Shown: in pieces, positions 63,481 through 64,000 of the stretch
How positions within the stretch are numbered: the stretch's first letter is position 1
How the letters are laid out: each line of letters begins with the position of its first letter
NCBI GenBank assembly: GCA_010909165.1
Contig: VJWM01000063.1
Span: forward strand, 1,302,001 to 1,366,000
Source of the DNA: Anthoceros angustus
Lineage: Eukaryota > Plantae > Anthocerotophyta
DNA length: 64,000 nucleotides
Reading direction: 5' to 3'
Made by a program: the position numbers and the translations under genes
Notes under the pieces: model-generated
Seen by the model: the letters and a program-made list of their open reading frames with translations, nothing else
The model's database searches: none
Told to the model about the DNA's origin: nothing

Positions 63481-64000
63481 TCAGGGGTGCTCTACTTGCT
63501 GGTGAGCATCCTTGAGGTCCAGCTCGTTGAGGCAGTCCCTGACTGTGACCCTCACAATGTCTGCGTTCTCATCAAAGAAGAAAAATTCGGCGTCCAGAAA
63601 GTCTGGGTCTTCCTCATAATTCACGTGGCCAGACAGCTCCTCAAGGAACAAAACAATGAGCACTCAAAACTGAGCGACATCCGATGATACCCAACTTCTA
63701 GCAAGATTGCTAGCGAAAACAACCCGGACAGATAGCAATTCACGAACAGGAGGGGGTCGTGCAGGGAGGTGTAGATGGCTCCCATGTCTTCGTATGTCAA
63801 CTCCGGGTCGCCAGTATGGAAATGGACGACGCTGTGGACGTTGTTCTCATAGGTCTTCCGGCCCTGGACGAACACCATCCCGGCGCGCATTGGGTGGGAC
63901 ATGAACTTAGAGTTAGCCTCCTTGACGAGCAAGCGATGCAAGTGCGCGTTATTACGCAGCCGGAGCTCTTCCGGCGTCTTGGCGTACGGAATGCTTCAGT
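63481..64000 (-). other. Possible coding fragment of unknown identity running off the window
   Basis: Protein-like overlapping ORFs 63621-63941 and 63481-63663; no motif recognised. Confidence 0.25.

Overview
Eukaryotic land-plant nuclear DNA with GC-rich exons and mostly 80-150 bp introns. A compact non-seed-plant genome such as a hornwort is my inference and is not shown by the sequence. The host genes are two tandem sn-2 GPATs (911-2664, 5654-7487), UBC22/UBE2S (8284-9811, minus), U2B''/U1A-family snRNP (11345-12633, minus) and HPPD (60370-61790). Between about 13 kb and 58 kb lies a nested transposon island. The main finding is a Ty3/Gypsy-type retrotransposon family whose polyprotein reads gag-protease-[C5 DNA cytosine methyltransferase]-RT-RNaseH-integrase-[PHD finger]. 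It is present three times: two young minus-strand copies (33509-41605, 41608-50081), which also carry an extra downstream ORF, and one old degraded plus-strand copy (about 24480-55790). The young copies sit in a 24.9 kb insertion (25184-50081, TGT...ACA ends, 4-bp TSD CACG) inside the gag of the old copy. They show no ordinary LTR pair. Instead the two ends meet internally as ...GCCATGACA-GC-TGTCGCGCC..., each junction enclosed by an 82-83 bp inverted repeat. The island also contains a young full-length Copia (5-bp TSD), a non-autonomous CACTA (3-bp TSD), a fragment of an ordinary Gypsy and a fold-back element; a second fold-back lies 3' of HPPD. Many frameshifts in the TEs fall at CAG/CTG sites or homopolymers and are probably long-read consensus errors, so ORF integrity cannot be judged from this sequence alone.
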